Assembly (NCBI GenBank): GCA_965656065.1
Contig: CBFHIW010000003.1
Span: forward strand, 23,035 to 87,034
Source of the DNA: Luminiphilus sp.
Lineage (GTDB): Bacteria > Pseudomonadota > Gammaproteobacteria > Pseudomonadales > Halieaceae
Direction: 5' to 3'
Length of the DNA stretch: 64,000 bases
The notes beneath the pieces were generated by a model that made no database searches, was not told where the DNA came from, and saw only the letters and a program-made list of their open reading frames with translations. The position numbers and the translations under genes are program-made. Of the stretch, positions 20,247 through 29,796 are shown piece after piece. How positions within the stretch are numbered: position 1 is the first letter of the stretch; each line of letters begins with the position of its first letter.

Positions 20247-21926
20247 ATGCGGAAGTTTTTCATCTCATTGGTCGCAATATTGGCAGTGGGGGCCGGCGGA
20301 GCCTATTTGTATCCCAGTGCTGCGATCCTGACAGCGATCAAGGTGCGCACTGCCTTGTCGACGACCCGCATTGGCCCACCCCGCGACATCGCCTGGCAAC
20401 AAGGCCCTGCTAACGCGAGTAAAGCGCCGGCGGAACGACCCCCCAATATTGTGGTGATCATGGCCGACGATCTCGGCTACAACGATATTTCGACCTTTGG
20501 TGGCGGCGTAGCGGACGGTCGTTTGCAGACGCCGCACATTGATGCGCTCGCGGCGCAGGGTGCGGTGTTCACCCAGTCCTACTCGGGCGCCTCAACCTGT
20601 GCGCCCTCCAGAGCCATGCTGATGACGGGGCGATATCCCAGCCGCACCGGCTTTGCTCATACGCCGATGCCACCCTCCATGGGTCGCGCGGTGTCCATTG
20701 TCGCGGCGGATATGGATCGGACTCTGCCTGACGCGCTCTTTGATGCTGAAGCAGCGGCGACTAAACCGTCTTTTGATCTTCAGGGTCTGCCACCCGAGGA
20801 AATCACTCTTGCTGAGTCACTCAAGGCACGTGGTTATCACACGGTGCACATCGGTAAGTGGCACCTCGGCCGTGACAACGGCATGACGGCCCACGAGCAG
20901 GGCTTTGATGAGAGTCTGTTGATGGCGAGCGGCTTGTATCTGCCCGAAGGCCACCCCGACGTGGTGAACGCTAGGCTCGACTTTGATCCGATCGACCAGT
21001 TTTTGTGGTCGGCACTTAGCTACGCCAACTCCTACAACAGCGGCACTACAGATTTGTTTGAGCCAGGCGGTTACCTCACCGATTACTGGACCGATGAATC
21101 GATCAAGGCCATCAAAGCCAATCGCAACCGCCCGTTTTTCCTCTACCTGGCTCATTGGGGTATCCATACACCGCTGCAAGCCACCCGCGCCGACTTCGAG
21201 GCGGTAGGGGATATTCAGCCACATCGTCTGCGGGTTTACGCTGCCATGACCCGCGCATTGGACCGCAGCGTGGGCAGGGTGATGGCGGCGCTGGAAGAGG
21301 AAGGCTTGGCCGACAACACCATCGTGGTGTTCACTAGTGACAACGGTGGCGCAGGCTATGTGGGCCTCGCCGACGTGAATGCCCCGTATCGCGGTTGGAA
21401 GATCACTTACTTTGAGGGGGGGATTCGCGTGCCGCTGTTTGTGAGGTGGCCCGATAGAGTTGCCGCTGGTCAGACCATCGACACGCCGGTTGCGCACATT
21501 GATGTCATGCCGACGTTGCTGGCCGCAGCCGAGCAACCGCCTCCACAAGATCGTAGGCTTGACGGTGAAAACGTGTTGCCATTGATCACCGAGGGCGCAA
21601 TGGCTAGGGCCGAGTGGCCGCGGCAGACGCTTTTCTGGTCATCTGGGCATAACCGCATTGTTCGTCACGGTGAATGGAAGCTGCAGATTGCCGCGCGCCC
21701 CGAAGTGCAGTGGCTCTTTAATCTCGCCGAGGACCCCACCGAGCAGGTGAATCTGGCTGCGTCGCGCCCCGATAAGGTCTCGGAGCTGATGGCGCTACTG
21801 GATGCGCACGCTGCCGCCAGCCGTCCCGCGCTCTACGAGCCAGAGCTCGAGGCGCCGGTGGCGATTGATAAGCACTTGGCGCTGCCCTTCGAAGAGGGCG
21901 ATGAGTGGGTGTCGGTTCCGAACTGA
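20247..21926 (+). CDS. Cys-type sulfatase (arylsulfatase family)
   Basis: Trimmed to MRKFFISLVAILAV (signal/anchor). It has the formylglycine motif CAPSRAMLMTGR plus DDLGYND metal ligands and GKWHLG. Confidence 0.85.
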   Translation: MRKFFISLVAILAVGAGGAYLYPSAAILTAIKVRTALSTTRIGPPRDIAWQQGPANASKAPAERPPNIVVIMADDLGYNDISTFGGGVADGRLQTPHIDALAAQGAVFTQSYSGASTCAPSRAMLMTGRYPSRTGFAHTPMPPSMGRAVSIVAADMDRTLPDALFDAEAAATKPSFDLQGLPPEEITLAESLKARGYHTVHIGKWHLGRDNGMTAHEQGFDESLLMASGLYLPEGHPDVVNARLDFDPIDQFLWSALSYANSYNSGTTDLFEPGGYLTDYWTDESIKAIKANRNRPFFLYLAHWGIHTPLQATRADFEAVGDIQPHRLRVYAAMTRALDRSVGRVMAALEEEGLADNTIVVFTSDNGGAGYVGLADVNAPYRGWKITYFEGGIRVPLFVRWPDRVAAGQTIDTPVAHIDVMPTLLAAAEQPPPQDRRLDGENVLPLITEGAMARAEWPRQTLFWSSGHNRIVRHGEWKLQIAARPEVQWLFNLAEDPTEQVNLAASRPDKVSELMALLDAHAAASRPALYEPELEAPVAIDKHLALPFEEGDEWVSVPN

Positions 21927-22082
21927 TGACGGCGCAATTTTTGTTAGCCGGTTTGCAGTAAGCCGGGAGTCACTGGCCCGGGGCGGATTGCCGATTATTA
22001 TGGGTTAGGAAGCAGCGGTGCCGGCAAACGCGGGGCAAAAGCAGGCGCTCTGACTGCATCCGCCGAACTTCTTGTGGCTGAT

Positions 22083-23153
22083 CTAGAGGCCTTTGCGGGT
22101 TTGGATGATCTCGGTTGAGTTGGCCGGCAGGCTGAACGACACCCCGTCGTACCCCACGGTCAGATCGGGGAAAATGTCCTCCGACCCATTTAGCCAGAGC
22201 GTCTCTTGTCCCGGCACAATGATGGGCGGCACCACGTGGTAATAGAGCAGGTGACCGACGCCGGCGTCGCGAGCGGTTTCCGCGGCTTCGCGAGGGCTGG
22301 CGTGATAGTCCGGCACGTCGAACATGATTTTAGCCATTGTATCGTTACCCAGATCTCTCGCCGTCTTTTCCATCATGCCAATCAGTTCAGGCGAGAGTGC
22401 CTCATGGACCAGCAGGTCGATGCCCTTGGCGAAGCGAGCAATGTTGTCAGATTTCGACGTGTCGCCGCTGATAAGCAGGGTTCTCCCGCCGTAGCTAAAC
22501 CGATACCCCACGGCGGGCGAAACGGGCTCGTGGTCCACGCGCAGTGCTTCGACGACCAGCCCACCACCTTCGTAAACGATGGACAGTTCACCGTTAGCTG
22601 GCGTGACAAAAGGCTTTGCGGTCATGCCTGCTGCGGACATCGGTGCGACGCCGTCGCTATGATGCGCGTTGCGGTAGACGAAGTCGTGTGAATAGGCCGC
22701 GTTGAACCCCGCCACTACCTGTTCCACTCCCTCAGGGCCGTATACCGGTAAGGGTGTGACCTCATTGCCAGTTGCCCAGCGAAAGGTGGCTAGCTCACCG
22801 AGCCCGTCGATATGATCGGAGTGGAAGTGGGAGAGAAAGACACCGCTAAGCCGCCCCACTGGATAGCCCAGTACTTGGAGGTTGCGCGGACCGTTGGTGC
22901 CGCTGTCTACAAGAAAAAGCTGTTCACCCGCCACCACCGCGACACACGGCCCAGAGGCTTTCGGCGCCGGCATGGGGCCGCCCGCACCACACAGAGCAAC
23001 ATGCAGTCCATCTTCCAGCGTGTCGACTTGATCCGTCCCCATCCGGGCGGGCAGGGCCACCGCCATCAGGCGCTCGGCAATCGCAGCCCGCTGCGAATAC
23101 CCCACTCCCAGCAGAATCAACCCGCAGCCCAGTAAACCCAGCAATTTCTTCAT
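22083..23153 (-). CDS. Exported MBL-fold metallo-hydrolase
   Basis: Signal peptide MKKLLGLLGCGLILLG, metal motif HFHSDHIDG, later DT and H residues; 356 aa. Confidence 0.8.
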   Translation of the reverse strand: MKKLLGLLGCGLILLGVGYSQRAAIAERLMAVALPARMGTDQVDTLEDGLHVALCGAGGPMPAPKASGPCVAVVAGEQLFLVDSGTNGPRNLQVLGYPVGRLSGVFLSHFHSDHIDGLGELATFRWATGNEVTPLPVYGPEGVEQVVAGFNAAYSHDFVYRNAHHSDGVAPMSAAGMTAKPFVTPANGELSIVYEGGGLVVEALRVDHEPVSPAVGYRFSYGGRTLLISGDTSKSDNIARFAKGIDLLVHEALSPELIGMMEKTARDLGNDTMAKIMFDVPDYHASPREAAETARDAGVGHLLYYHVVPPIIVPGQETLWLNGSEDIFPDLTVGYDGVSFSLPANSTEIIQTRKGL

Positions 23154-23207
23154 CTCAAGCCCCTTTCTACAACGCCTGATGTCTTCACTTTAAGCAGTCT
23201 ATACCTA

Positions 23208-23229
23208 TTGACACTTATCATGCCAATAT
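23208..23229 (+). promoter_or_regulatory. Copy B of recurrent element: TTGACActtatcaTGCCAATAT
   Basis: Read directly. It lies in the divergent MBL/TBDR intergenic region, 54 nt from the MBL start and 248 nt from the TBDR ATG. Confidence 0.4.
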
Positions 23230-23322
23230 TTCGCTTGACGCCATTATCGGCACAGCGGGTGCTGGGAATGACTATGAGCCTCCCAAATCCTGCCTAGTTT
23301 CAGTCCAAAACGGCGGTATTTA

Positions 23323-23343
23323 TTGGCTTGTGCCATGCCATAG
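23323..23343 (+). promoter_or_regulatory. Copy E (degenerate) of recurrent element: TTGGCTtgtgccaTGCCA-TAG
   Basis: Read directly. The right half lacks one A relative to the other copies, but GG-N10-GC spacing is kept. It lies 134 nt before the TBDR ATG. Confidence 0.3.
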
Positions 23344-23477
23344 GAAACTTGTGTTTCCCTTCGGCTGTGGCACTATCGTTCCATTAAAAGTTGGAGGAGT
23401 GCCCTCAATAAGCTCTTGCCGGTGCTTTTCTTGATAAAAAACAACGATTCAGAACCTATCCATGGGAGTCCACAACA

Positions 23478-26171
23478 ATGGTTAAGACATTTGCGAAAGT
23501 AGCCTTGAGTGCTGCGGTGGCCAGTCTGTCGGTGACAGCGTTTGGCCAGGCACTTGAAGAGGTTGTCGTAACAGCGCAGAAGCGGACCGAAAGTCTGCAG
23601 GACGTGCCGATTTCGGTGACCGCGATCAGCGGTGAGTTAATTCAGGATGCTTCAATCAGAAGCTTTGGTGAGCTAGGCGCTTACGTCCCGAATTTTTCTG
23701 TCAGTGAAAACGCGGTGAACACCATTATCACCATGCGCGGTATCTCAATTGGCGGAAATCAGTCTTTTGAGCAGTCGGTCGGCATCTTCCTAGATGGCGT
23801 TTATCTGGGCCGAAGCCGACAGGCGCGTCTCGGTCTATTTGATCTTGAGCAGGTGGAAGTCCTGCGCGGCCCGCAGGGGATCCTCTTTGGTAAGAACACG
23901 CTGGGCGGCGCCATCAACGTGCGCTCCGCGGCGCCTGTCGTGGGTGAAGGCCTATCGGGGCGCGTTGCGGCCAGTTTCGAGTCCGACAACGGTGAGTACT
24001 TCGAGGGCCACATCAGCGGCAGCGTCAGTGAAAATGTTGCGATGCGTTTAGCGGTGATGGACCGATCTATTGACGGCTACCTCGACAACGTTGATCTGGC
24101 CGCCGCGTACCCCAACTCACCCACGACTGATGAGACCATTGCCCGCATTGGCTTGCAATGGGAGCCATCTGAATCCACCAGTGTTGGCCTGCGCTACACC
24201 TACTCGGATTACCGCCGGGTCGGTCAAACTGCAGTCGTCACGGACTTCGGTCCGACTCTGGTCGACAGCACTGGCGATGGCATTAGAAACCAGCCATTCG
24301 TGCCAAGTTCTAACGCCCTGATGTACGGCATCATGGGACTCCGCTATCCAACTTATGCGCCGACTACCAGCTCCAGAGACGTGTTTTACGACGGCCTCTC
24401 CATTGGCGGTACCGGCTCACTTGACGGCGGCAACGGCCCGGAGCGATTGTCAGGAACTGACACTGAGAACCATGAGTTCTCGCTCAATATTGAGCATGAG
24501 TTTGGCAATGGAATGACCCTGACCTCAGTGACCGGAGTGTCTCAATATGAGTACAAAGATGGCATTGAGGCAGACTTTCTGCCGGTGGAGTTCATCGGTC
24601 GCAGCGATGACTCGGAATTTGATCAGTTCAGCCAGGAAATCCGTCTGGCATCGGACCTCGACGGTCGATTTAGCTGGGTGGTAGGCGGTAATTTCCTTAA
24701 CTCCACCCAAGAAATTGACCGCAGCGTGATGAGTGACGGAACCTTTGGTCAGCCTCAGCTAGTAACGGGGCTCATAGGTCTGCCCACGATCTGGTCATAC
24801 AGTCCTGCTCAACTCGCTGGGATTGAGGCCGCCTTCGGGTTGCCTGCTGGCGCACTGCCGCCTGGGGTACCGGGTCTGACTATGTGGAATCAGGCGAATA
24901 CACTCTCGTATTGGGAGCAGGAGACCGAGTCCTGGGCGCTCTTTGCACAAGGGACCTTCAACATTACCGACAATTTGAGCATCACCGCGGGTGTGCGTTA
25001 CACCGAAGAAACCAAGGAAGCCATTGCGCAAACCTGGGTCAACAGTGAAGTCACAGGCTTTGATTACAAAAGCCCAGACGGAGACGCATGGTTTGCCGAT
25101 CCAACCAACACGGCGCTGTTAGGTAACTTCTTGTTGCAAGAGCTCGCAGGCGGCGCGCTGGATCGCACCAACCACTTGTTCAATGGCGACAGGAAGACTG
25201 ATCAGACGATCCCTGCTGTCTCAGTCAATTGGACGCCCAGTGACAATCACTTGCTTTATGCCAGTTACACCGAAGGCTTCAAGAGCGGCGGTTTCAACGC
25301 GATCGACAGCCAGCTGCCAGCATACACTGGCGGCCCAGCCTGCCCGCTCGACAACCTGCCTGGATGTATTCAACGCAATACTCCCGGACCAGGGTTCGAG
25401 TACGACGATGAAACCGCATGGTCTTTTGAGGTGGGAGGCAAGCACACTTTCCTCAATGGCCGCATGCGCTTCAACTGGGCTTACTACAATAGTGAATACG
25501 ACGATCAGCAGGTGTCGACATTTGTCGGCCTCGGCTTTGTTGTGACTAACGCGGCGAGCACGGAGATCTCTGGCTTAGAGATCGACGCCGCTTTCCAGGT
25601 CACTGAAAAGCTGCGCCTCAATTTGGCGGTTGGTACGGTTGATGGAGAGTACAAAGATTTCAAGGGTGCCGCGTGCACGCCTCTGCAAACAGCGGATATC
25701 GGATTCAACAATGCTGTAACGCCCGGGGGGCTGACGCCAAGCTCACCGAACCTTACCTCAGCCGACGGCCTCTGCACGCAGCTGTTCGACGCGAGCGGCA
25801 GGCAGGGTGCGATTGCTCAAGATCTCTCTGGCCGAACAATTGGCGCAGCTGAGTGGTCAGGCTCATTCGGTGCCCAGTTCATGCAGCCCGTGGGTTCCAT
25901 GATGTGGTTCACTGAGCTCGACGTGCAATTCACCGACGACTACCTGTTTACGGGCGATCTTGATCCGGCTCGAGTTCAGCCAGGCTTCGAGCTTGTAAAC
26001 CTGCGAACAGGTCTCCGCGGAGAGAACTGGATGCTGATGCTCTACGGCCGCAACATTACGGATGAGAACTACGCACAGGGTGGCGCCGTGGTTCCGCTGG
26101 CGCAAGGCTCTTTCTTCCGCTACCTGAGCCGCGGCGAGGTCTGGGGCATTCAGGCAGCTTGGGAGTTTTAA
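23478..26171 (+). CDS. TonB-dependent receptor
   Basis: Signal peptide, plug region EEVVVTAQKRTESLQDVPISVTAI...VEVLRGPQGILFGKNTLGGAINV, long beta-barrel, C-terminal ...IQAAWEF; 897 aa. Confidence 0.9.
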   Translation: MVKTFAKVALSAAVASLSVTAFGQALEEVVVTAQKRTESLQDVPISVTAISGELIQDASIRSFGELGAYVPNFSVSENAVNTIITMRGISIGGNQSFEQSVGIFLDGVYLGRSRQARLGLFDLEQVEVLRGPQGILFGKNTLGGAINVRSAAPVVGEGLSGRVAASFESDNGEYFEGHISGSVSENVAMRLAVMDRSIDGYLDNVDLAAAYPNSPTTDETIARIGLQWEPSESTSVGLRYTYSDYRRVGQTAVVTDFGPTLVDSTGDGIRNQPFVPSSNALMYGIMGLRYPTYAPTTSSRDVFYDGLSIGGTGSLDGGNGPERLSGTDTENHEFSLNIEHEFGNGMTLTSVTGVSQYEYKDGIEADFLPVEFIGRSDDSEFDQFSQEIRLASDLDGRFSWVVGGNFLNSTQEIDRSVMSDGTFGQPQLVTGLIGLPTIWSYSPAQLAGIEAAFGLPAGALPPGVPGLTMWNQANTLSYWEQETESWALFAQGTFNITDNLSITAGVRYTEETKEAIAQTWVNSEVTGFDYKSPDGDAWFADPTNTALLGNFLLQELAGGALDRTNHLFNGDRKTDQTIPAVSVNWTPSDNHLLYASYTEGFKSGGFNAIDSQLPAYTGGPACPLDNLPGCIQRNTPGPGFEYDDETAWSFEVGGKHTFLNGRMRFNWAYYNSEYDDQQVSTFVGLGFVVTNAASTEISGLEIDAAFQVTEKLRLNLAVGTVDGEYKDFKGAACTPLQTADIGFNNAVTPGGLTPSSPNLTSADGLCTQLFDASGRQGAIAQDLSGRTIGAAEWSGSFGAQFMQPVGSMMWFTELDVQFTDDYLFTGDLDPARVQPGFELVNLRTGLRGENWMLMLYGRNITDENYAQGGAVVPLAQGSFFRYLSRGEVWGIQAAWEF

Positions 26172-26188
26172 TCTCGAGCTGATGAGTT

Positions 26189-26219
26189 AAAAAGGGCGGC
26201 CCAGGCCGCCCTTTTTATT
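26189..26219 (+). terminator. Rho-independent terminator after the TonB-dependent receptor
   Basis: AAAGGGCGGC-ccag-GCCGCCCTTT followed by TTTTATT: a 7 GC pairs plus 3 AU pairs stem, 4-nt loop and T-run. The A-run upstream makes it look bidirectional. Confidence 0.75.
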
Positions 26220-26251
26220 GCTTGCCAGCTTTTGGATTTCGAGGCGAGTAG

Positions 26252-26941
26252 ATGATCAAAAAAGTGATTCTGCGCACCCTGATCGTGATTGCGCTAGCCC
26301 TGGCATGGCTTGTCTGGCTGGGCTGGTTCTCGGCGAGGCCACCCCTCACGACAGATCCAGCGACGCTGGCAGGAGACGGCTCAACCCTGAATTACTGCGA
26401 GCTACCCGTGCTCGATGGCGCCGGGCAGCGGGCCGCTGATATCGCCAAAGGCAACACGCCGGGCTGCGGCTATGACCACTTTCCTCTGCCAATACTGGCT
26501 GGATGCACAGAGCCACTGCCGCCGGAAGCCGACGACATTCGGGGTCTGTGGCGTGGCGTATCCGGGGGCCATATCGGGCATGTGGAGCGGGTCGAGCAGT
26601 GTGGCTCCAGGGTGGTCGTGACCACTTCGGGGCTCATCCACGACTATGGTCCCAACAGCACGGGCGGGCTCAACACCAATGACACCGAGGGGTCGGTTCT
26701 GTTCACTCTGGGTGGTAAAGAGCACTGCATACGCACCTCGGCGAGCATGATCTGGGAAGACAAGATCCTCAACTTTTATGCCTTCGGTTGGGGCCCGAGA
26801 GTGGTGCGCCGCTACCGGGAGGGCGACGAGCTGATCTGGGAGTATGCTGACGGCTCGGTGACGCGCATGGAGCGTTTGTGTTCCCTGCCCGAGGAGCACA
26901 AAGTGCCCATACCTCGTGGCCGACGGATCGAATTGTTTTAA
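26252..26941 (+). CDS. Hypothetical membrane-anchored protein (Cys-containing)
   Basis: 229 aa with an N-terminal TM helix (ILRTLIVIALALAWLVWLGWF) and a soluble domain with several Cys. I recognise no family. Confidence 0.5.
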   Translation: MIKKVILRTLIVIALALAWLVWLGWFSARPPLTTDPATLAGDGSTLNYCELPVLDGAGQRAADIAKGNTPGCGYDHFPLPILAGCTEPLPPEADDIRGLWRGVSGGHIGHVERVEQCGSRVVVTTSGLIHDYGPNSTGGLNTNDTEGSVLFTLGGKEHCIRTSASMIWEDKILNFYAFGWGPRVVRRYREGDELIWEYADGSVTRMERLCSLPEEHKVPIPRGRRIELF

Positions 26942-26989
26942 AGCGCGCGTGCGCTGCCTCAATTTGAAAGTGCTGTAGGAGAGATGCCC

Positions 26990-28084
26990 ATGCTCACGGA
27001 AATGTGGGTCGACCGAACCGATTATCACCACACTCGGGTGGTAAAGGGTGATCTGCCAACGCCGGGTGAGGGCGAGATACTGGTCGCCATCGACAGGTTT
27101 GCGATGACAGCCAATAACGTCACCTATGCCGCATCGGGCGACCTCTTCGGATACTGGCAGTTTTATCCCACTGGGGAAGATTCCTGGGGCAAGGTCACGG
27201 TGTGGGGTATTGGCGAGGTGGTAGCGAGCCATGTTGAAGGCATTGCCGTCGGCGAACGGCTTTACGGCTTCTTCCCTATGGCGAGCCATGTGTTGATGAA
27301 GCCCGGTGAGCTTTCCGAGGGGGGGTTTACCGACGCCATGCCGCATCGCAGCGAGCTTCCCGGTCTCTACAACTATTACGCGCGGACGCAGTCGGAGCCC
27401 GCTCAGCTTCAGGCGCTCGAGGATGAGCGCTGCATTTTTTTCCCGCTGTTTATGACCGGTTACGTGATCGCCGATTTGCTTCTGGATAACGCCTGGTTTG
27501 CTGTGCAGCAGGTCGTGATCGGCTCGGCATCCTCCAAGACGGGTTTCAGCACCGCAGCATTTATTCGTGCTGCGGGCTTCGGAGGCGCCATCGTTGGTCT
27601 CACCAGTGATCAGAACGTCGGCTTCTCCGAGGCGCTCGGTTGCTACGACCGCGTCGTGCCCTATCGCGAGGTTGAAGGTGTCGCGAATGAATTGAGCGCA
27701 TATATTGATATCGCCGGGGATGTTGAAGTTCGGTCACGCCTGCATCACAGCCTCCAAAAAAATGCTGCCCACACGTTATTGGTGGGGGCGACCCACTGGG
27801 ATCAATTTGGTCAGTCAGTGGGTGGTGAGCCGCTCCCTGGCAGCGAGCCCCAGGTCTTCTTCGCGCCAGCGCAAATCGAACAGCGGGATGGTGAGTGGGG
27901 TCGCGGCGTGATGATGGGCAAGGCTTACGCGGCGAGTATCGAGTTGGTGACCCAGCTGGCCCCAACGCTCCTGATGGAATCCCACAAGGGTGCCGAGGCC
28001 TGCGACGCGATCTGGCAGTCGCTGCTGAGCAATCAGGTCTCAGGTCAACGGGGTGTCATGGTGTCGCTGCAGCCAGAGGCCTGA
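26990..28084 (+). CDS. DUF2855-family protein (MDR/alcohol-dehydrogenase-like fold)
   Basis: The pattern HHTRVV...GEGEILVAIDRFAMTANNVTYAA.GD..GYWQFYP matches my recollection of DUF2855. Start moved to the second ATG (6 nt after GGAGAG). Confidence 0.55.
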   Translation: MLTEMWVDRTDYHHTRVVKGDLPTPGEGEILVAIDRFAMTANNVTYAASGDLFGYWQFYPTGEDSWGKVTVWGIGEVVASHVEGIAVGERLYGFFPMASHVLMKPGELSEGGFTDAMPHRSELPGLYNYYARTQSEPAQLQALEDERCIFFPLFMTGYVIADLLLDNAWFAVQQVVIGSASSKTGFSTAAFIRAAGFGGAIVGLTSDQNVGFSEALGCYDRVVPYREVEGVANELSAYIDIAGDVEVRSRLHHSLQKNAAHTLLVGATHWDQFGQSVGGEPLPGSEPQVFFAPAQIEQRDGEWGRGVMMGKAYAASIELVTQLAPTLLMESHKGAEACDAIWQSLLSNQVSGQRGVMVSLQPEA

Positions 28085-28187
28085 GTGCAGGAATAAAAAC
28101 AAGCCCTGAACCGCTGATAGGCATAAGGAGTATTTAGCTCCAGAGCATAAGTGGGCGTTCGCTCCCAATAAGAAGAGCCATGACGGT

Positions 28188-29042
28188 ATGAAGAAACTCA
28201 TTTTTATTCTGCTGGCTGTGGGTCTACCCCTCGGCGTCGCCACGCTGGCCAATCCTGCGGGGCTCACTCTGGGGGGATGGCCTGCGATGACGGCTTTGGC
28301 CCTGGGCGCTTTTGGTATCCAGTGGCTTGCCTTTATCCCCGCCCGGCTTCTCCAGACCGAGCGCTTCTATGACCTCACCGGGAGCATCACCTATATCGCT
28401 GTCACACTGGCGGCCATCAGCGCAGCCACCGCGCCCTCGGGCGCGCAATGGCTGATTGCGATCATGATCTTTATCTGGGCGGGTCGTCTCGGCAGTTTTT
28501 TGTTCCGCCGCATTCACGCGGCAGGTGGCGATCAACGCTTTGATCACATCAAGGTATCGTCGTCGCGCTTTTTTGTGGCCTGGACGCTGCAGGGCGCCTG
28601 GGTAGTGATGACCAGCTGTGCCGCCCTGACCGCCATACTGAGCGCCGAGCCGACAGCGGTGGGCGCTATTTATGCCATCGGCGCTGTGATGTGGATGGCT
28701 GGCTTTATGATCGAAGTGGTCGCTGATCAGCAAAAGTCACGCTTTAGAGAAGACCCGGCCAACGCCGGTCGATTCATCAACGTTGGGCTGTGGGCCCGCT
28801 CCCGCCACCCCAACTACTTTGGCGAAATCCTGCTGTGGGCGGGCATTGCGGTGATGGCGATACCCTATCTATCGGGCACCCAGTGGGTGGTGATGCTCTC
28901 GCCGCTGTTTGTTTACGCCTTGCTCACGCGTATCAGCGGTATACCCACGCTGGTGCGTCGCGGCCAGCAGCTCTGGGGGGATGACCCCGACTATCAGGCG
29001 TATCTCAACAGCACGCCGTTACTCGTGCCGCGATTGCTGTGA
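28188..29042 (+). CDS. DUF1295-family membrane protein (steroid 5-alpha-reductase / ICMT-like fold)
   Basis: Polytopic membrane protein with the C-terminal SRHPNYFGEILLWAGIA motif characteristic of DUF1295. Confidence 0.7.
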   Translation: MKKLIFILLAVGLPLGVATLANPAGLTLGGWPAMTALALGAFGIQWLAFIPARLLQTERFYDLTGSITYIAVTLAAISAATAPSGAQWLIAIMIFIWAGRLGSFLFRRIHAAGGDQRFDHIKVSSSRFFVAWTLQGAWVVMTSCAALTAILSAEPTAVGAIYAIGAVMWMAGFMIEVVADQQKSRFREDPANAGRFINVGLWARSRHPNYFGEILLWAGIAVMAIPYLSGTQWVVMLSPLFVYALLTRISGIPTLVRRGQQLWGDDPDYQAYLNSTPLLVPRLL

Positions 29043-29063
29043 ACCGGCGTTACAACGCGGGTC

Positions 29064-29106
29064 CTTTGATTCGAGGGAGGCGCGATCCGACGAATACAAA
29101 TCAAAG
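29064..29106. other. Long imperfect hairpin between convergent genes
   Basis: CTTTGATTCG-(17 nt)-CGAAT(aca)AATCAAAG: 13 bp with one 3-nt bulge and no T-run. It may be a factor-dependent or bidirectional terminator or a structured RNA. Confidence 0.3.
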
Positions 29107-29157
29107 CTGAGAGCGGCACACTGCCCGCATAGCGCCCAACGCCCAGGTGTTTTCGCG

Positions 29158-29796
29158 TCACCCGGCGCCGCGATGTGCGAGGCGGGCATCAAGGAGTGCG
29201 GTGATCGCCAGCATGACAAACCCGAGTAGTAGGCGCAGGTCGCCGAAATAAATCCGCGGCTCGACGGGGTAAGCGATCGTTTTCTCGAGGCCCGCCAACT
29301 TGAAATCGTGCCGCGCGTAAAACTCGGGGTTGCCGATGATGTCGATCAGCGTGCGCCGGCTTCGATACCGCATGATCGCGCCATCCGACCACGTCTCCGC
29401 ACCTTCGATACCCACTAGATCAAGGCTGTCGGCCACCGACTTGCCCACCACGACGGGGTGACTCGCGCGGGAAAGCAGCGCGGGAATCATGTGCTCCATA
29501 TACAGGTCGATCAGCGTTTGCCCGTCGGCATCAGGCGGTGCGCCTTCCATCTGGGGTGGGTTTTGCGCCAGATCCACCGCGTTGAACATCAAAAACTGGC
29601 CACCCGTGTCATTGCGCAGAAACTCAAGCAGCGCGCCGCGAGCGGAAGGGTCTCCGCCCAGGTCGAAATTTTCGGTCTTGCTGATATACGCCTGTATTTC
29701 GGCTTCAGTCAGCGGGCCACCGAAATCGGTGTACCAGCTGACGAACAGTGCATAGAGCACGATAGAGCCGAGCCACAGTTTGCGTCGTGATGTCAT
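29158..29796 (-). CDS. Hypothetical protein with N- and C-terminal TM segments (central domain possibly DUF1330-like)
   Basis: Trimmed to MTSRRKLWLGSIVLYALFV (GGAG 8 nt upstream). C-terminal hydrophobic segment LLLGFVMLAITALL. The central W-D-G-x-I-M-x-Y-x-S-R..PEF..R pattern is reminiscent of DUF1330, a weak call. Confidence 0.45.
   Translation of the reverse strand: MTSRRKLWLGSIVLYALFVSWYTDFGGPLTEAEIQAYISKTENFDLGGDPSARGALLEFLRNDTGGQFLMFNAVDLAQNPPQMEGAPPDADGQTLIDLYMEHMIPALLSRASHPVVVGKSVADSLDLVGIEGAETWSDGAIMRYRSRRTLIDIIGNPEFYARHDFKLAGLEKTIAYPVEPRIYFGDLRLLLGFVMLAITALLDARLAHRGAG

Noticed and set aside
23154-23477. Cobalamin (or other) riboswitch in the long AT-rich region upstream of the TonB-dependent receptor.
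   Set aside because: I could not find the B12 box (GCCACTG), the GGGAA...GGTG core, or any other riboswitch consensus by eye. Only generic hairpins are present. An Infernal scan would be decisive.
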